Virus record (IMG/VR): IMGVR_UViG_3300023174_000001
Location: 71,070 to 135,069 of that record
Reading direction: 5' to 3' (one strand)
DNA length: 64,000 nt
Source: a virus
The translations under genes and the position numbers were made by a program. Below the pieces are notes generated by a model. That model did not search any database. It was not told the origin of the DNA and saw only the letters and a program-made list of their open reading frames with translations. This document shows positions 10,168 through 18,436 of the stretch, one piece after another; the stretch's first letter is position 1, and every line of letters starts with the position of its first letter.

Positions 10168-10491
10168 GTGGCAAAAACACTTACCCCAACTGTAAAAGGC
10201 AAGTCAGTCGAACTAGGCTGGTCTGCCGAAGTTAGACAAGCGTTAGAGAAGTATCGTAACGCCCTAGAAGCGAAGAAGGAAGCAGACAAGGCTAAGGCTG
10301 AGGCTGAGGTCATTCTTCGTGAGCAACTCGGTGACGCTGAGTTCGCTACCATTGGTGGCTCAAAGGCATTCAAGATGTCTCAGGTCATTATGGAAAGAGT
10401 GGACAACGCAAAGTTGTTAGCCGAGTTCCCAGCAGTTCACGCAGAAGTTCTGGTTGACGGTTCTTACGAGTTCATCAAGACCGTAAACTAG
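10168..10491 (+). CDS. Coiled-coil protein resembling the C-terminal region of YqaJ-like phage proteins
   Basis: GTG start; AEVILREQLGDAEFATIGG...ERVDNAKLLAEFP. Confidence 0.6.
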   Translation: MAKTLTPTVKGKSVELGWSAEVRQALEKYRNALEAKKEADKAKAEAEVILREQLGDAEFATIGGSKAFKMSQVIMERVDNAKLLAEFPAVHAEVLVDGSYEFIKTVN

Positions 10492-10498
10492 AAACGGC

Positions 10499-10590
10499 TT
10501 GGCTAGCCGTATCACCTGATACCTTAGTGCCTAAGATACACGGCTAGTCAAAACGGCAAGCCCCTTAACCGATAACGGTTAGGGGGTTTT
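10499..10590 (+). ncRNA. Candidate antisense hairpin RNA (3' UTR of 10168-10491) followed by a terminator
   Basis: 12-bp stem 10499-10510/10540-10551; the loop contains ATCACCT-GATA-CCTTAGTGCCTA, the reverse complement of the shared leader TAGGCACTAAGG-AGGTGAT. Confidence 0.5.
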
Positions 10591-11226
10591 GCTTTACCCT
10601 AACGGCTAGCCCTGCACGGATAAGACGGCAAGCACAAACGGCAAGCCCCTATACGCAATGACGGCAAGCCTTATGCGTTCTTATGTAATAAGCCCCCGCA
10701 GAAGCCAACGGGTCGTCTTTTTTACGCTCTATGTATAGACGCACACAAAAACCTGACGGGTCGTGTTTTTAAGAAACAGAAGCAGAGGAGAAGCAGAAGC
10801 CAGATGACTGATGACACATGGGGGAAAAGCATAAGACCTTATGAAATAAAGCCAGATGGAAGCGAAGATGGAAGGGAGATGGAAGCGAAGGGGGAGAAGT
10901 AAAAGCATAAGAAAGCAAAGAACCAAGCAGATGAGATAGAAGACGCAAAAAAATGTGGGTGTAAAGATTTTCCTTGCGAGCCTCAGATTTTTTGTCCATG
11001 CCTCGCATGGAAAAACAAGGGACTTGACTTTTTTTGGATTTTGTTTTTTTTGTTTTCTTTTTTTTATTTTGGATTTGGATTTGGATTTTTATTTCTCTTA
11101 TGTTTTTAATCTTGATTTGTTCCCAGTTATCGTGTTCGCCCTGAGCAAACAAAAAAGATTGGCACTAGGGAATAAAAACCTTGCTTATCGTGTTATCTTA
11201 TGTATAGGCACTAAGGAGGTGATTTT

Positions 11227-11382
11227 ATGAAGTGTAAAGTTTGGTTAGTCGTCAAGTATGACAACTCTATTCCTGCGACCTGCGTGGAGTTTGAGTGGGC
11301 AGATTTGGCTGTTGCGACTGCTTTTGTTCAATGGTTCAACCTGAACAATAGCGACAGACACGCCTCAATAGAGGCAGAGTAG
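11227..11382 (+). CDS. Small hypothetical protein (51 aa)
   Basis: ATG directly after the AAGGAGGTGA RBS; MKCKVWLVVKYDNSIP... Confidence 0.7.
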   Translation: MKCKVWLVVKYDNSIPATCVEFEWADLAVATAFVQWFNLNNSDRHASIEAE

Positions 11383-11457
11383 TCCTGAGACCTGAGCAAG
11401 TCCTAAAAAGGCTCACACACACATTTCCTGGGTCCAGGAAACTACATAGGAGACAAA

Positions 11458-11697
11458 GTGAAAAGAAAACTAGAACTGGAAGTCAAAACTGTTGATACCA
11501 TTTTGGACATTTTAGGTGGATTGCTTCACGCTGGGATGGAGATGGAAAAGTTTTTGGAAAATGAAGGGCAACCTGTTCCTAAAAAACTTAGAAAACAAAA
11601 TGCTAGAACTTTGATGGCTCACATGGAACTGGCAATGGCACTTCGTTCAGTTGAGATTGCTGAACTGGAAGAAGTGTTCGCTCTCGAACAAAACTAA
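11458..11697 (+). CDS. Hypothetical protein
   Basis: GTG start with GGAG RBS; terminator follows. Confidence 0.7.
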   Translation: MKRKLELEVKTVDTILDILGGLLHAGMEMEKFLENEGQPVPKKLRKQNARTLMAHMELAMALRSVEIAELEEVFALEQN

Positions 11698-11980
11698 ATA
11701 AAAAGATTCCACCTCGAAAGAGGTGGGATTTTTTTATCAAAAAAATAGGGTTAGAGGTTTTTCCATGCGTTCCATGAGTCCATGCCTCGCATGGAAAAAG
11801 CGACCACCTGGCTTCGCCCGGCTTCGCCCGGCTTCGCTTGCTTCTTCTGGTTCTTATGCTTTATCTGGCTGATGAGTTCTCCCTCCCTGTTCGCTGTGAG
11901 CAAACAAGAAAGTTTGCTGTATGGGAAGAAAAAGGGACTGTATTGGGTTATTATTTGTATAGGCACTAAGGAGGTGAAAA

Positions 11981-12349
11981 ATGGAAAACTTACAGACAAC
12001 AGAGGTGACGCTTACAAGCGACTGCACTTGCGTTGATGAGGATGGCAACTACATTGAAGAATGTTTTGGTTGCTGGGATGACTCTAAGTATGACTTAGGG
12101 GAGTTAGTATCAACTGTTCAGACTGAAAAAGGCTGGACTCAGGTTGCTGTCGAATACAAGGGAGTTTCATGGCGTAGAGTTTCTGGCGAGTTCTTTATGG
12201 ACTTCGATACCGAAAACTTGATTCGAGCATTCTCCCTCAATGGTGACTTCAGATTGGTATTTACCTATACCAATGGAGAGTTATCACTTGTTCGATACTC
12301 GCATGATGAGCCAACTGGGACTGGCAAGATTATCTTCAAGGCAATCTAG
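11981..12349 (+). CDS. Hypothetical protein with Cys cluster and SHDEPTG motif
   Basis: Strong RBS; CTC...ECFGCW; YSHDEPTG. Confidence 0.8.
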   Translation: MENLQTTEVTLTSDCTCVDEDGNYIEECFGCWDDSKYDLGELVSTVQTEKGWTQVAVEYKGVSWRRVSGEFFMDFDTENLIRAFSLNGDFRLVFTYTNGELSLVRYSHDEPTGTGKIIFKAI

Positions 12350-12471
12350 TCTCCCTAACCTGAGCAAGTTATAAAAAGGCTCAAAAAAACTTTTGGGATT
12401 CGGGAATAAAAACTGAGTTCCTAGTGTTATAGTTATTGTAGTTCGAAAAAAGTTTCTTGAAAGGAGACCCC

Positions 12472-12936
12472 ATGAACAACACCCTAACCCCGGCGAGCGA
12501 GCGTCAAATCTCGTTCCTTAACTCTCTACTTGCTGAGCGTGAGAACACGCTAGTCGTAGAGTTCGCTGGCTTGACTTCTAAGCAAGCCTCAGAGTTCATT
12601 GGGACTCTAATCAACGCCCCTAAGCGTGTTGCTGGTGTTCGTGCCGACTTCCCGGTTTTAGAGGGTATGTATCGCAACAACGCTGGCGTTATCTACAAGG
12701 TTCAGGCTAGCCGAGAGACTGGTCGCCTTTACGCCAAGTTCCTTGATGTTGCTATGCGTAAGTTCGAGTTCGAGGCTGGTGCAATGCGTAACCTCAGTGC
12801 CGAAATGCGTATGAGCGTGGAGGAGGCTAAGGCGTTCGGTGTCGAATACGGTTTCTGCGTAGTCTGTGGAAAGTTCCTTACCGACCCTGTATCTGTTGCT
12901 CAGGGTATCGGCCCGGTCTGTATCACTAAGGTCTAA
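12472..12936 (+). CDS. DUF6011-like Zn-ribbon protein
   Basis: N-terminal PASERQ..FL..L; C-terminal CVVCGKFLTDPVSVAQGIGPVC. Confidence 0.85.
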   Translation: MNNTLTPASERQISFLNSLLAERENTLVVEFAGLTSKQASEFIGTLINAPKRVAGVRADFPVLEGMYRNNAGVIYKVQASRETGRLYAKFLDVAMRKFEFEAGAMRNLSAEMRMSVEEAKAFGVEYGFCVVCGKFLTDPVSVAQGIGPVCITKV

Positions 12937-14278
12937 GCCGATACGGTTCACCCCCTAGAAAGCCCTTGCTGGAAACGGCAAGGGTTTTTTAGTATCTGGC
13001 ACGGCTGGCTTGCTGAACACGGCTGGCAAGACTAACGGCTGGCTTGTAGAGACGGCTAGGGTTTGACGGCTGGCAAGGGTAAAGGCTTGCTAAAAGCCAA
13101 CGGCTAGCCTTTTTGACGGCTTGCTCTAACGGCTAGCCCCTTAAATGACTAACGGCTCGCCTTTATGACGGCAAGCGTGTAAATAATCAACGGCAAGCCT
13201 TATAAGAGTTAAAAAGCCAACGGTGAGCCTTTTTTGGACTGGTATGTAGGTAAGCGTGAAAAAAGCCAACGGTAAGCCTTTTTAATAAAATAATAAAAAG
13301 TCGCAAGAGGACTTGCGAAAAAGCATAAGAAATGCAAAAAAGCATAAAAAGGCGAAGAAATGCGAAAAAAGAGGCGAAGAAGCGAAGGCGAAGAAAATAA
13401 ATAAAAGCAAAAAGAGGCGAAGGCGAGGAAAAATAAAAGCATAAGACACATAGAAAAAATGGATACCTGCAAAAAAAAACTGATGCCTCAGCGAAAAAAC
13501 CTGATGCCTCAAAAAAAGATTCATGGGAAATGAAAGTTTCACTCTGGCGAAAGAAGTTTCAGGCTGGCTGAGGCTGGAAAAGTGCGTCTAGATAGGCTCT
13601 GGGAAGCCTATTCAGGCGTGAAAGCGTGAAAAGTGGGGGAAGGTGCGTAGTTTCAGGAAAAAGCGAAGGGGAGGGAGTCGAAAAGAGGGTGAGGGGTTTT
13701 TCCATGCAAGTTTTTAGTCCATGCTTCGCATGGAAAACTAGATGACCGGGCTTGCTTCCAGGTAAGCCTCCCATCCAGGATTTCCAGGGCCTGGAGGAAG
13801 AAAAAGCATAAGGATAAAGAAAAAAGCGAAGGAAGCGGCTCATCTCATGTGAAAAAGAAATGAAAAAGAAAGAAGAAAGAAAGAAAAAGCAAAAAGTATA
13901 GAAGAACTGATGAGTAAAGTCAAGCGAGTCGAAAAAAGTTTTCCATCTTGCATGGAAAATAAAGCCGCGTGCTTCACTTTGCGGCACAAGGAAGTTGAGT
14001 GGATTCATGTATCCTCAGGTCGAGGAAGAAAAAGTATAGATAATGTTTTATGTTTGTCAAGTCGATTTGTAAAAAAGTTGATGAGTCCCATGCAACTCTG
14101 CTTCTGGAAAATAGGGTAGCCGCATTTTCCATGTGCCGCAGTTTGCTTTTTCACTTGACTTTTCCTGCTTCTTGTGTTTTTTCTTATTATAACTTTTTGA
14201 TAACAGCGTCTTCAGTCGGGAATAAATGTTGGGCTTCATGGGTTATCTATCATGTAGGCACTAAGGGAGGTGATTAGT

Positions 14279-14407
14279 ATGGTCAAGTTCTATTTTATTT
14301 TTGATGGCTTCGGTTATCCACTTTGCGAGAAGCACTCAGGAGGGTTGCTTCTTGGGGTGGATACTCACCTGAGTTGTCATGCTTGCGACAAACTCGATAA
14401 GGAGTAG
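14279..14407 (+). CDS. Small Cys/His protein (42 aa)
   Basis: ATG after the shared leader; LCEKH...SCHAC. Confidence 0.6.
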   Translation: MVKFYFIFDGFGYPLCEKHSGGLLLGVDTHLSCHACDKLDKE

Positions 14408-14666
14408 TCGTCAGCGAAGTTGCTCCCCTGATTAAGTTCAGGGGGGCAATTTTTTTTGCATGGGCAGGAAAAAAGTTGCCGTGCGTGCATGGAAACTCTT
14501 GCCGCCTGGCTTGATGCCGATACATGATGAATCGCAATGGGATTTGTGTGCCGAAGATTTTTTTTTGGAACGCCGTTTATTTTCTTTTTCTTTTTTTCTG
14601 CAACACGGGAATAATTTGTCACCTGTGAGTGTTATTATATATGTAGGCACTAAGGAGGTGATTGAT

Positions 14667-14864
14667 ATGGCAAAAACTTACAAGATTGGACTTGTGTTTT
14701 CTTTCGAACCTGAGGGAGAACACGCCGACATCTTCGAGGGCATGGACAAGACCGAGGAACAACTCATCGTGTTAATGAAGAACCTCGTGTGTGAGGACAT
14801 CGATAGATATGTGAAATACAACGAAGTCTTCGAAGGTCTTTCAGTAGAAATTATAGAAGAGTAA
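14667..14864 (+). CDS. Hypothetical protein
   Basis: True start follows the shared leader (the ORF track extends it spuriously to 14460). Confidence 0.75.
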   Translation: MAKTYKIGLVFSFEPEGEHADIFEGMDKTEEQLIVLMKNLVCEDIDRYVKYNEVFEGLSVEIIEE

Positions 14865-14942
14865 TCTTCGCCGAACCCTCTGGGAATAATTTGTCAGGGG
14901 GTTCGGTTAATATCTTTATAGGCACTAAGGGAGGTGAGAACT

Positions 14943-15167
14943 ATGGAACTAACAGAACTAGAAGCATTAGCAGTAAAGTCTATCTACACCGATTACCACG
15001 CTGGAGCAACTAACGCCGATGAAGCGTTGCACGCTTTAGAACAACTAATCAATGGCGGGCTAACACCTTGCGACAAGTGTGGCGACAAGATACAGACAGA
15101 TATCCACGCCGAAGAACTCGGTATGTGCGTTGATTGCTCTAACGAGTATTTCAGTCATGAAGAGTAG
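14943..15167 (+). CDS. Zn-finger-like hypothetical protein
   Basis: CDKC...EELGMCVDC; shared leader. Confidence 0.75.
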   Translation: MELTELEALAVKSIYTDYHAGATNADEALHALEQLINGGLTPCDKCGDKIQTDIHAEELGMCVDCSNEYFSHEE

Positions 15168-15371
15168 GAACTAACGCCGACTCATCTCAAGACCCTCGAA
15201 CAGAAATGTTCGGGGGTTTTGTTTTACGCCGAGAGGCTGAGCCGCTTCCATCACGCATGGAATAAGCGGCTACCCCGGTTCGCCTCCGTGCGAGGAAAAA
15301 TACTTACGCCGATTGGGAATAAAAGTGAGGCGATTGTGGTTTATATTAATGAAGGAAGATTGGAGAAAGAA

Positions 15372-15554
15372 ATGTTTGTAGAGAAAAAAGGTGATGCTGA
15401 ACTAGCAGAACTATTTGCTTTGGGACTTATCGCCGAACCAGAAGATAATGGAACGCTTGTGTTAGTGCCGTGTGCCGACCCTGTTATGTGTGAGATACAC
15501 GGAACTTATTGGATTGAGAAAAGAATAAAAAAAGTCTTGACACCGACCAAGTAA
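15372..15554 (+). CDS. Hypothetical protein
   Basis: GGAG RBS after an ECF promoter. Confidence 0.55.
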   Translation: MFVEKKGDAELAELFALGLIAEPEDNGTLVLVPCADPVMCEIHGTYWIEKRIKKVLTPTK

Positions 15555-15594
15555 AGTTGTATAGTAGTAGTATGTCAATGAAAGGACACCGATA

Positions 15595-15813
15595 ATGAAC
15601 CAAGATAAACTAATCGCCGTTTGTGAAAAACTCTATGACAAGCGTGGTGCTAGTGCTATTTACGACTACATCAACGCTAATCACCGAGAACTAGATTGGT
15701 ATTTTTGCCAGCCTTGCGACACCGATACACCAGCAACTAACCAACTAAAATGCTTAGTTTGTGGAAGTGCCGTGCTTCTAGGGTATCAAGATAAGTTCGC
15801 CGAGTTCATGTAA
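15595..15813 (+). CDS. Zn-finger-like hypothetical protein
   Basis: CQPC...CLVCG; promoter and RBS. Confidence 0.75.
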   Translation: MNQDKLIAVCEKLYDKRGASAIYDYINANHRELDWYFCQPCDTDTPATNQLKCLVCGSAVLLGYQDKFAEFM

Positions 15814-15958
15814 TCCAAATCGAACCAAGACCTCGTGCTGAAAAGTGCGAGGTTTGGTTTTTAGCAATCCAGGTGCACGGAAAAACAGAACACCCAGGCA
15901 CTTGACAAAAAGAGTTTCATCAATAACAATAGAAACAACAACACCGAAAGGAAACAAA

Positions 15959-16090
15959 ATGAACTACGAGTTCTTATTTACAATGTGGGAGTGTATTGGT
16001 TGCCGTCTGCTTTACAACGACGAGCAAGACAAATGCACCAACTGCAAAAACAAGTGCGAGCCAATTAAAATCAAAGGCGTAAGGGCATAA
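15959..16090 (+). CDS. Small Zn-ribbon protein
   Basis: CIGC..CTNC; GAAAGGA RBS. Confidence 0.6.
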   Translation: MNYEFLFTMWECIGCRLLYNDEQDKCTNCKNKCEPIKIKGVRA

Positions 16091-16184
16091 ACTCCGTTAT
16101 CAAAAAGTTATACGGAAATGCTTGACAATGCCGTTCATTACAATAAACTAGAAGTGTAGTGAAACAACTAACAAGGAGATAAAA

Positions 16185-16364
16185 ATGAAGATTCTTATTG
16201 GATTACTAGGTATCTGGTGCTTTTGGAACGCTTTGCGTATTACCGACCAACTCGGTCATGTAATGGTTTTTGGTGGCGACCAAAGTGTTCTTTGGGCTGG
16301 ATTAGTTTTATTCTTATCTGGAACTTTTGGCTGTGTTATTGCCATCTGTGCTGAAAAGAAGTAG
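16185..16364 (+). CDS. Small membrane protein (59 aa)
   Basis: AAGGAG RBS; two hydrophobic segments. Confidence 0.65.
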   Translation: MKILIGLLGIWCFWNALRITDQLGHVMVFGGDQSVLWAGLVLFLSGTFGCVIAICAEKK

Positions 16365-16536
16365 CCAACACCGAAAAGTCCCCTCATCTCAGGTGGGGGG
16401 ATTTTTTCTGCCCATGCCATTTTGGTAGGCGGCAGGTTTTTCCATGCTCCCGTGTTGGATTTTTTTTTTCGGATACGGGAATAATTTCTCCATCATCGTG
16501 GTTGTCTTATGTATGAGCAAAGAAAGGAGAAATCCA

Positions 16537-16668
16537 ATGGACACCGACAAGAACAAAACTTGGGAAGAGTGGCTAAATACGCCTGGGAACGCTAAGAAGT
16601 TTCTAGAGTGGGTATTTGACCCTAAAGTAGATGCCGAACTAGAAGCCCTTGCAAAAGAAACCAACTAA
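16537..16668 (+). CDS. Small hypothetical protein
   Basis: GAAAGGAG RBS after an ECF promoter. Confidence 0.6.
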   Translation: MDTDKNKTWEEWLNTPGNAKKFLEWVFDPKVDAELEALAKETN

Positions 16669-16681
16669 GGAAAGAGAAACT

Positions 16682-16843
16682 GTGAGAACTAAACTAACTC
16701 AGGAAAGAATCACCGAACTGGACAAACTTGACCGAATTAGAACTTACGACTTGCTATACCGAGCGATGTCTGTGGGGCTAATTCCGTTTCAGCCGAACCT
16801 TAGGCTAAAGCGTATGGTCAGAGTAAAGAAGTCTGGCAACTAA
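16682..16843 (+). CDS. Small basic hypothetical protein
   Basis: GTG start; fills the gap between genes. Confidence 0.5.
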   Translation: MRTKLTQERITELDKLDRIRTYDLLYRAMSVGLIPFQPNLRLKRMVRVKKSGN

Positions 16844-16946
16844 AAACACCGAAAACATTTTTTACCAAATGGGAATAAAATGTCGGACTAATGTGTTATT
16901 ATCAGTATGTGAGTAATCACAAAGACAAAAAGACAAAGGAGATAAA

Positions 16947-17144
16947 GTGGCTTCATCAGCAACTTACACCGTTACACTAACGACTAACTCTACGAGTTAC
17001 ATTACAACTATCACCACTCCGTCTAGCGACGAAGAAACTATTTACGAGTTGGCGATAGAACGCATCAAAGAAGAAGATGGCTTTGATTTATCTGGACACC
17101 GATTAGTTGATACAACTTACGAAGTATTGGAAGTGTGGGACTAA
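16947..17144 (+). CDS. Hypothetical protein
   Basis: AAAGGAG RBS with GTG start. Confidence 0.7.
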   Translation: MASSATYTVTLTTNSTSYITTITTPSSDEETIYELAIERIKEEDGFDLSGHRLVDTTYEVLEVWD

Positions 17145-17146
17145 TA

Positions 17147-17425
17147 ATGAGTGCTACCGATTACAACGACCTAAGCAGACACATTGGACACAAGGTGGAA
17201 GTAGTTACTTACGCCGATACTAATGTCGCCATTGAGTGCGAAGAGTGTAGTGAAGTGCTACTGGACTTTGATAAAGAAGTTGAGTGCGAGAACCACACTT
17301 GGACTTTACAAATGAATCTTCCGAACATACCAATTCGCAACTACTGCGAAGAGTGTGGTGCGATAGGAGAAGCCGACCCCGATGATGTAGCAGAACAAAT
17401 CCGACTATTAGGAGAGAACGAATAA
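17147..17425 (+). CDS. Zn-binding hypothetical protein
   Basis: HIGHKVEVVTY...NVAIECEECSEVL motif. Confidence 0.75.
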   Translation: MSATDYNDLSRHIGHKVEVVTYADTNVAIECEECSEVLLDFDKEVECENHTWTLQMNLPNIPIRNYCEECGAIGEADPDDVAEQIRLLGENE

Positions 17426-17604
17426 TGATGAATAACACCGAACTACTTAATTATCTACAAGACAAGGTAGGTGAATTGTTTGAGAACATCAGACATGACG
17501 ACACCTATGGCGATTTCAGAGATGGTGCTAAAGATTACCTAATCCAAATCACAGACATAATCGCAGAACTACAAAGGGAGAACCTAAATGAATCAGGAAA
17601 CTAA
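17425..17604 (+). CDS. Small hypothetical protein (59 aa)
   Basis: TAATG-coupled; MMNNTELLNYLQDKVGELFENIRH... Confidence 0.6.
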   Translation: MMNNTELLNYLQDKVGELFENIRHDDTYGDFRDGAKDYLIQITDIIAELQRENLNESGN

Positions 17605-17980
17605 AATCAACACCGATAAGTTATCCCCTGAGTTTTATGTGTGGGAGAACGACTACGAAGAAGTCTGGGCTACTGAGAGTAATCCTTTCTTCGTAATCCG
17701 TAATGGCGAGATGCGAATCATCGTCAAGAGTGCCGATGAATCACAAGAGATAATCAGATACACCGATGCTCTGGAGAAGTTTGGCATCACTACCGATAAA
17801 GAACTAGAAGAGTGGTCTGGGAAGAGTGAAGAACTATTCTCAGTTGGTATGAATCCTTGGTTTGAGATTTGGTCTGTGAAAGACACCGAGTTTTACTCAG
17901 AGCCATACTTTGACCTGAAAGAAGCCATCGCACAAGCCGAAGTAATGCTTGCCGAGTATCCAACTGGCATCGTAGATTAG
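17588..17980 (+). CDS. Hypothetical phage protein
   Basis: GEMRI...IIRYTD.L...GI.TD..L...NPWFE motifs. Confidence 0.8.
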   Translation: MNQETKINTDKLSPEFYVWENDYEEVWATESNPFFVIRNGEMRIIVKSADESQEIIRYTDALEKFGITTDKELEEWSGKSEELFSVGMNPWFEIWSVKDTEFYSEPYFDLKEAIAQAEVMLAEYPTGIVD

Positions 17981-18102
17981 TCAGAACTAAAAAGGAAAGC
18001 CCATGCTGAAGAGCATGGGTTTTCTTATGTTATTCCGAAACACCTGGGTATCCACTTTTTCCGTGTGCCGTGATGGTTGCCTTCATCTGCTAAGTTGTTC
18101 TC

Positions 18103-18369
18103 ATGTCAGTATTTCATCAAGCGACCCCCGTAAAACTCGTAAATGCAGATGAAGAACGCATTTCCTTCATCTATTTCTTATCTGGTGGGGAATACGACAG
18201 TAAGTTTGTGCTGGTTTCTTCCGTTATTACACCGAATTATGAAGAAACAGCAGTATTCATCTGCAACGACTCAACTGGCGAAGAAGCAGAGTGGGAGAAC
18301 ACATTGGCAAAAATCTATCATGTGGATACAGAAGAAGTGCTAAACAAGATGGGATACACAACAAAGTAG
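18103..18369 (+). CDS. Hypothetical protein
   Basis: Natural composition; possibly leaderless. Confidence 0.65.
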   Translation: MSVFHQATPVKLVNADEERISFIYFLSGGEYDSKFVLVSSVITPNYEETAVFICNDSTGEEAEWENTLAKIYHVDTEEVLNKMGYTTK

Positions 18370-18436
18370 CCGCTTGACATGGAAAATAATAAGACTTATT
18401 ATTAGCCGCAAAGAAGAAATGACGAAAGGAACTCAG

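Larger units (their letters stand above)
2352..11905 (+). promoter_or_regulatory. Five ClgR-box-like operators, GTTCGC-N5-GC(G/A)AAC
   Basis: 2352-2368, 6930-6946, 10016-10032, 11134-11150, 11889-11905. They match the Streptomyces ClgR consensus GTTCGC-N5-GCG with 0-1 mismatch. Confidence 0.75.
11391..12383 (+). repeat. Duplicated small hairpin CCTGAGCAAGT-N3/4-AAAAAGGCTCA
   Basis: Copies at 11391-11415 and 12359-12383, each just after a stop codon. Confidence 0.7.
6253..13275 (+). repeat. Clusters of strand-specific ACGGC-NN-GC repeats
   Basis: Dense clusters at ~6225-6325, 10494-10670 and 12975-13275, plus 1510-1676 and inside genes at 240-990; all clustered copies I counted are on the + strand. 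Confidence 0.85.
2255..13733. repeat. Dispersed palindrome CCATGC-N3/4-GCATGG(AAAA) with an upstream TTTTCCATGC half-site
   Basis: Copies start at 2255, 6855, 10996, 11780 and 13719; degenerate copies at ~1605, 13940, 14125, 15246, 16437. Confidence 0.85.
11205..14937 (+). repeat. Shared 5' leader/RBS TAGGCACTAAGG(G)AGGTGA, five copies
   Basis: Starts at 11205, 11960, 14255, 14644 and 14919, each 13 nt after the G of the promoter GTT and just before a start codon. Confidence 0.9.

Noticed and set aside
10729-14650. Phe/Lys-rich ORFs in the track (e.g. 10769-11152, 10955-11230, 11782-12036, 13282-13542, 13559-14008, 14050-14277)
   Set aside because: Translations of low-complexity regulatory DNA, with no RBS and overlapping the promoters.
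2221-14950. CRISPR array interpretation of the intergenic repeats
   Set aside because: Repeats are degenerate, dispersed and separated by whole genes, not by constant-length spacers; no cas genes seen.
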